Shown: positions 63,766-64,000 of the stretch, piece after piece | Position numbering within the stretch: the stretch's first letter is position 1 | Layout: every line of letters begins with the position of its first letter | NCBI GenBank assembly: GCA_963825815.1 | Contig: CAWGVB010000002.1 | Span: 147,564 to 211,563 of the forward strand | Source: an uncultured Gemmatimonadales bacterium | GTDB taxonomy: Bacteria > Gemmatimonadota > Gemmatimonadetes > Gemmatimonadales > GWC2-71-9 | Length of the DNA: 64,000 nucleotides | Direction: 5' to 3' | Translations under genes and position numbers: made by a program | Notes under the pieces: model-generated | What the model was told of the DNA's origin: nothing | Database searches by the model: none | Seen by the model: the letters and a program-made list of their open reading frames with translations, nothing else

Positions 63766-64000
63766 TCAGGCCGTTTTCTTGAGCCGGGATGTCTCTGCGA
63801 AGAGGGCCGCCAGACGGTCGTGGGCTTTCCGCACGGTAGACTGGCGGTTCGGTCCCGACTCCGTGACGAACAGCTGGGTCGGAACATGGGTGATCTTCAC
63901 GCTGAACCCTCCGGTCGGGTTCTCGGTGACCTCAAGCGTAAGCTCCTGGTCCGGAAGCCGGTGAGCGCGCCTCCGCTCCTTCGCGATAGTGAGCCCCTTC
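63766..64000 (-). CDS. Small protein resembling release-factor domain 3 but lacking GGQ (absent from the ORF track; start uncertain)
   Basis: Frame open to the window edge: ..IAKERRRAHRLPDQELTLEVTENPTGGFSVKITHVPTQLFVTESGPNRQSTVRKAHDRLAALFAETSRLKKTA*. Confidence 0.55.
   Translation of the reverse strand, partial: KGLTIAKERRRAHRLPDQELTLEVTENPTGGFSVKITHVPTQLFVTESGPNRQSTVRKAHDRLAALFAETSRLKKTA

Overview
GC-rich bacterial chromosomal segment, most likely Gemmatimonadota (inferred from gene content and arrangement, not from a marker gene). It is mostly core and signalling genes: tRNA-Leu(TAG), tig-clpP-clpX-engB, trpE, maf/dtd, HD-GYP-glmM-glmS, a Cys/Met PLP enzyme-M48-purD-mutM-Cho-like operon, late futalosine-type menaquinone genes, an ECF sigma/ZAS anti-sigma operon, nfu-mrp, nrnA, two amino-acid permeases and guaB. 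It also has a diguanylate cyclase, an FHA-GAF adenylate cyclase, a hybrid kinase and a PilB/GspE ATPase fused to a receiver. About 14 single-base frameshifts, nearly all +1 insertions, look like long-read errors. No CRISPR array, prophage, IS or rRNA was seen. The main signals are non-coding. (1) A self-contained circuit at 6.8-10.3 kb: a leader-peptide attenuator upstream of a NifA-like sigma54 activator, which converges on an operon with a -24/-12 promoter and twin enhancer boxes. (2) A dispersed family of 7/8-mer tandem arrays, often in inverted pairs, at gene junctions and inside glmM. (3) Repeated TANNNT motifs 5-9 nt before start codons, suggesting leaderless mRNAs. (4) A SigW-type promoter built on the sigma gene's stop codon. 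Protein-level oddities include a cysteine-free Mrp next to Nfu and a GGQ-less release-factor-like mini-protein.
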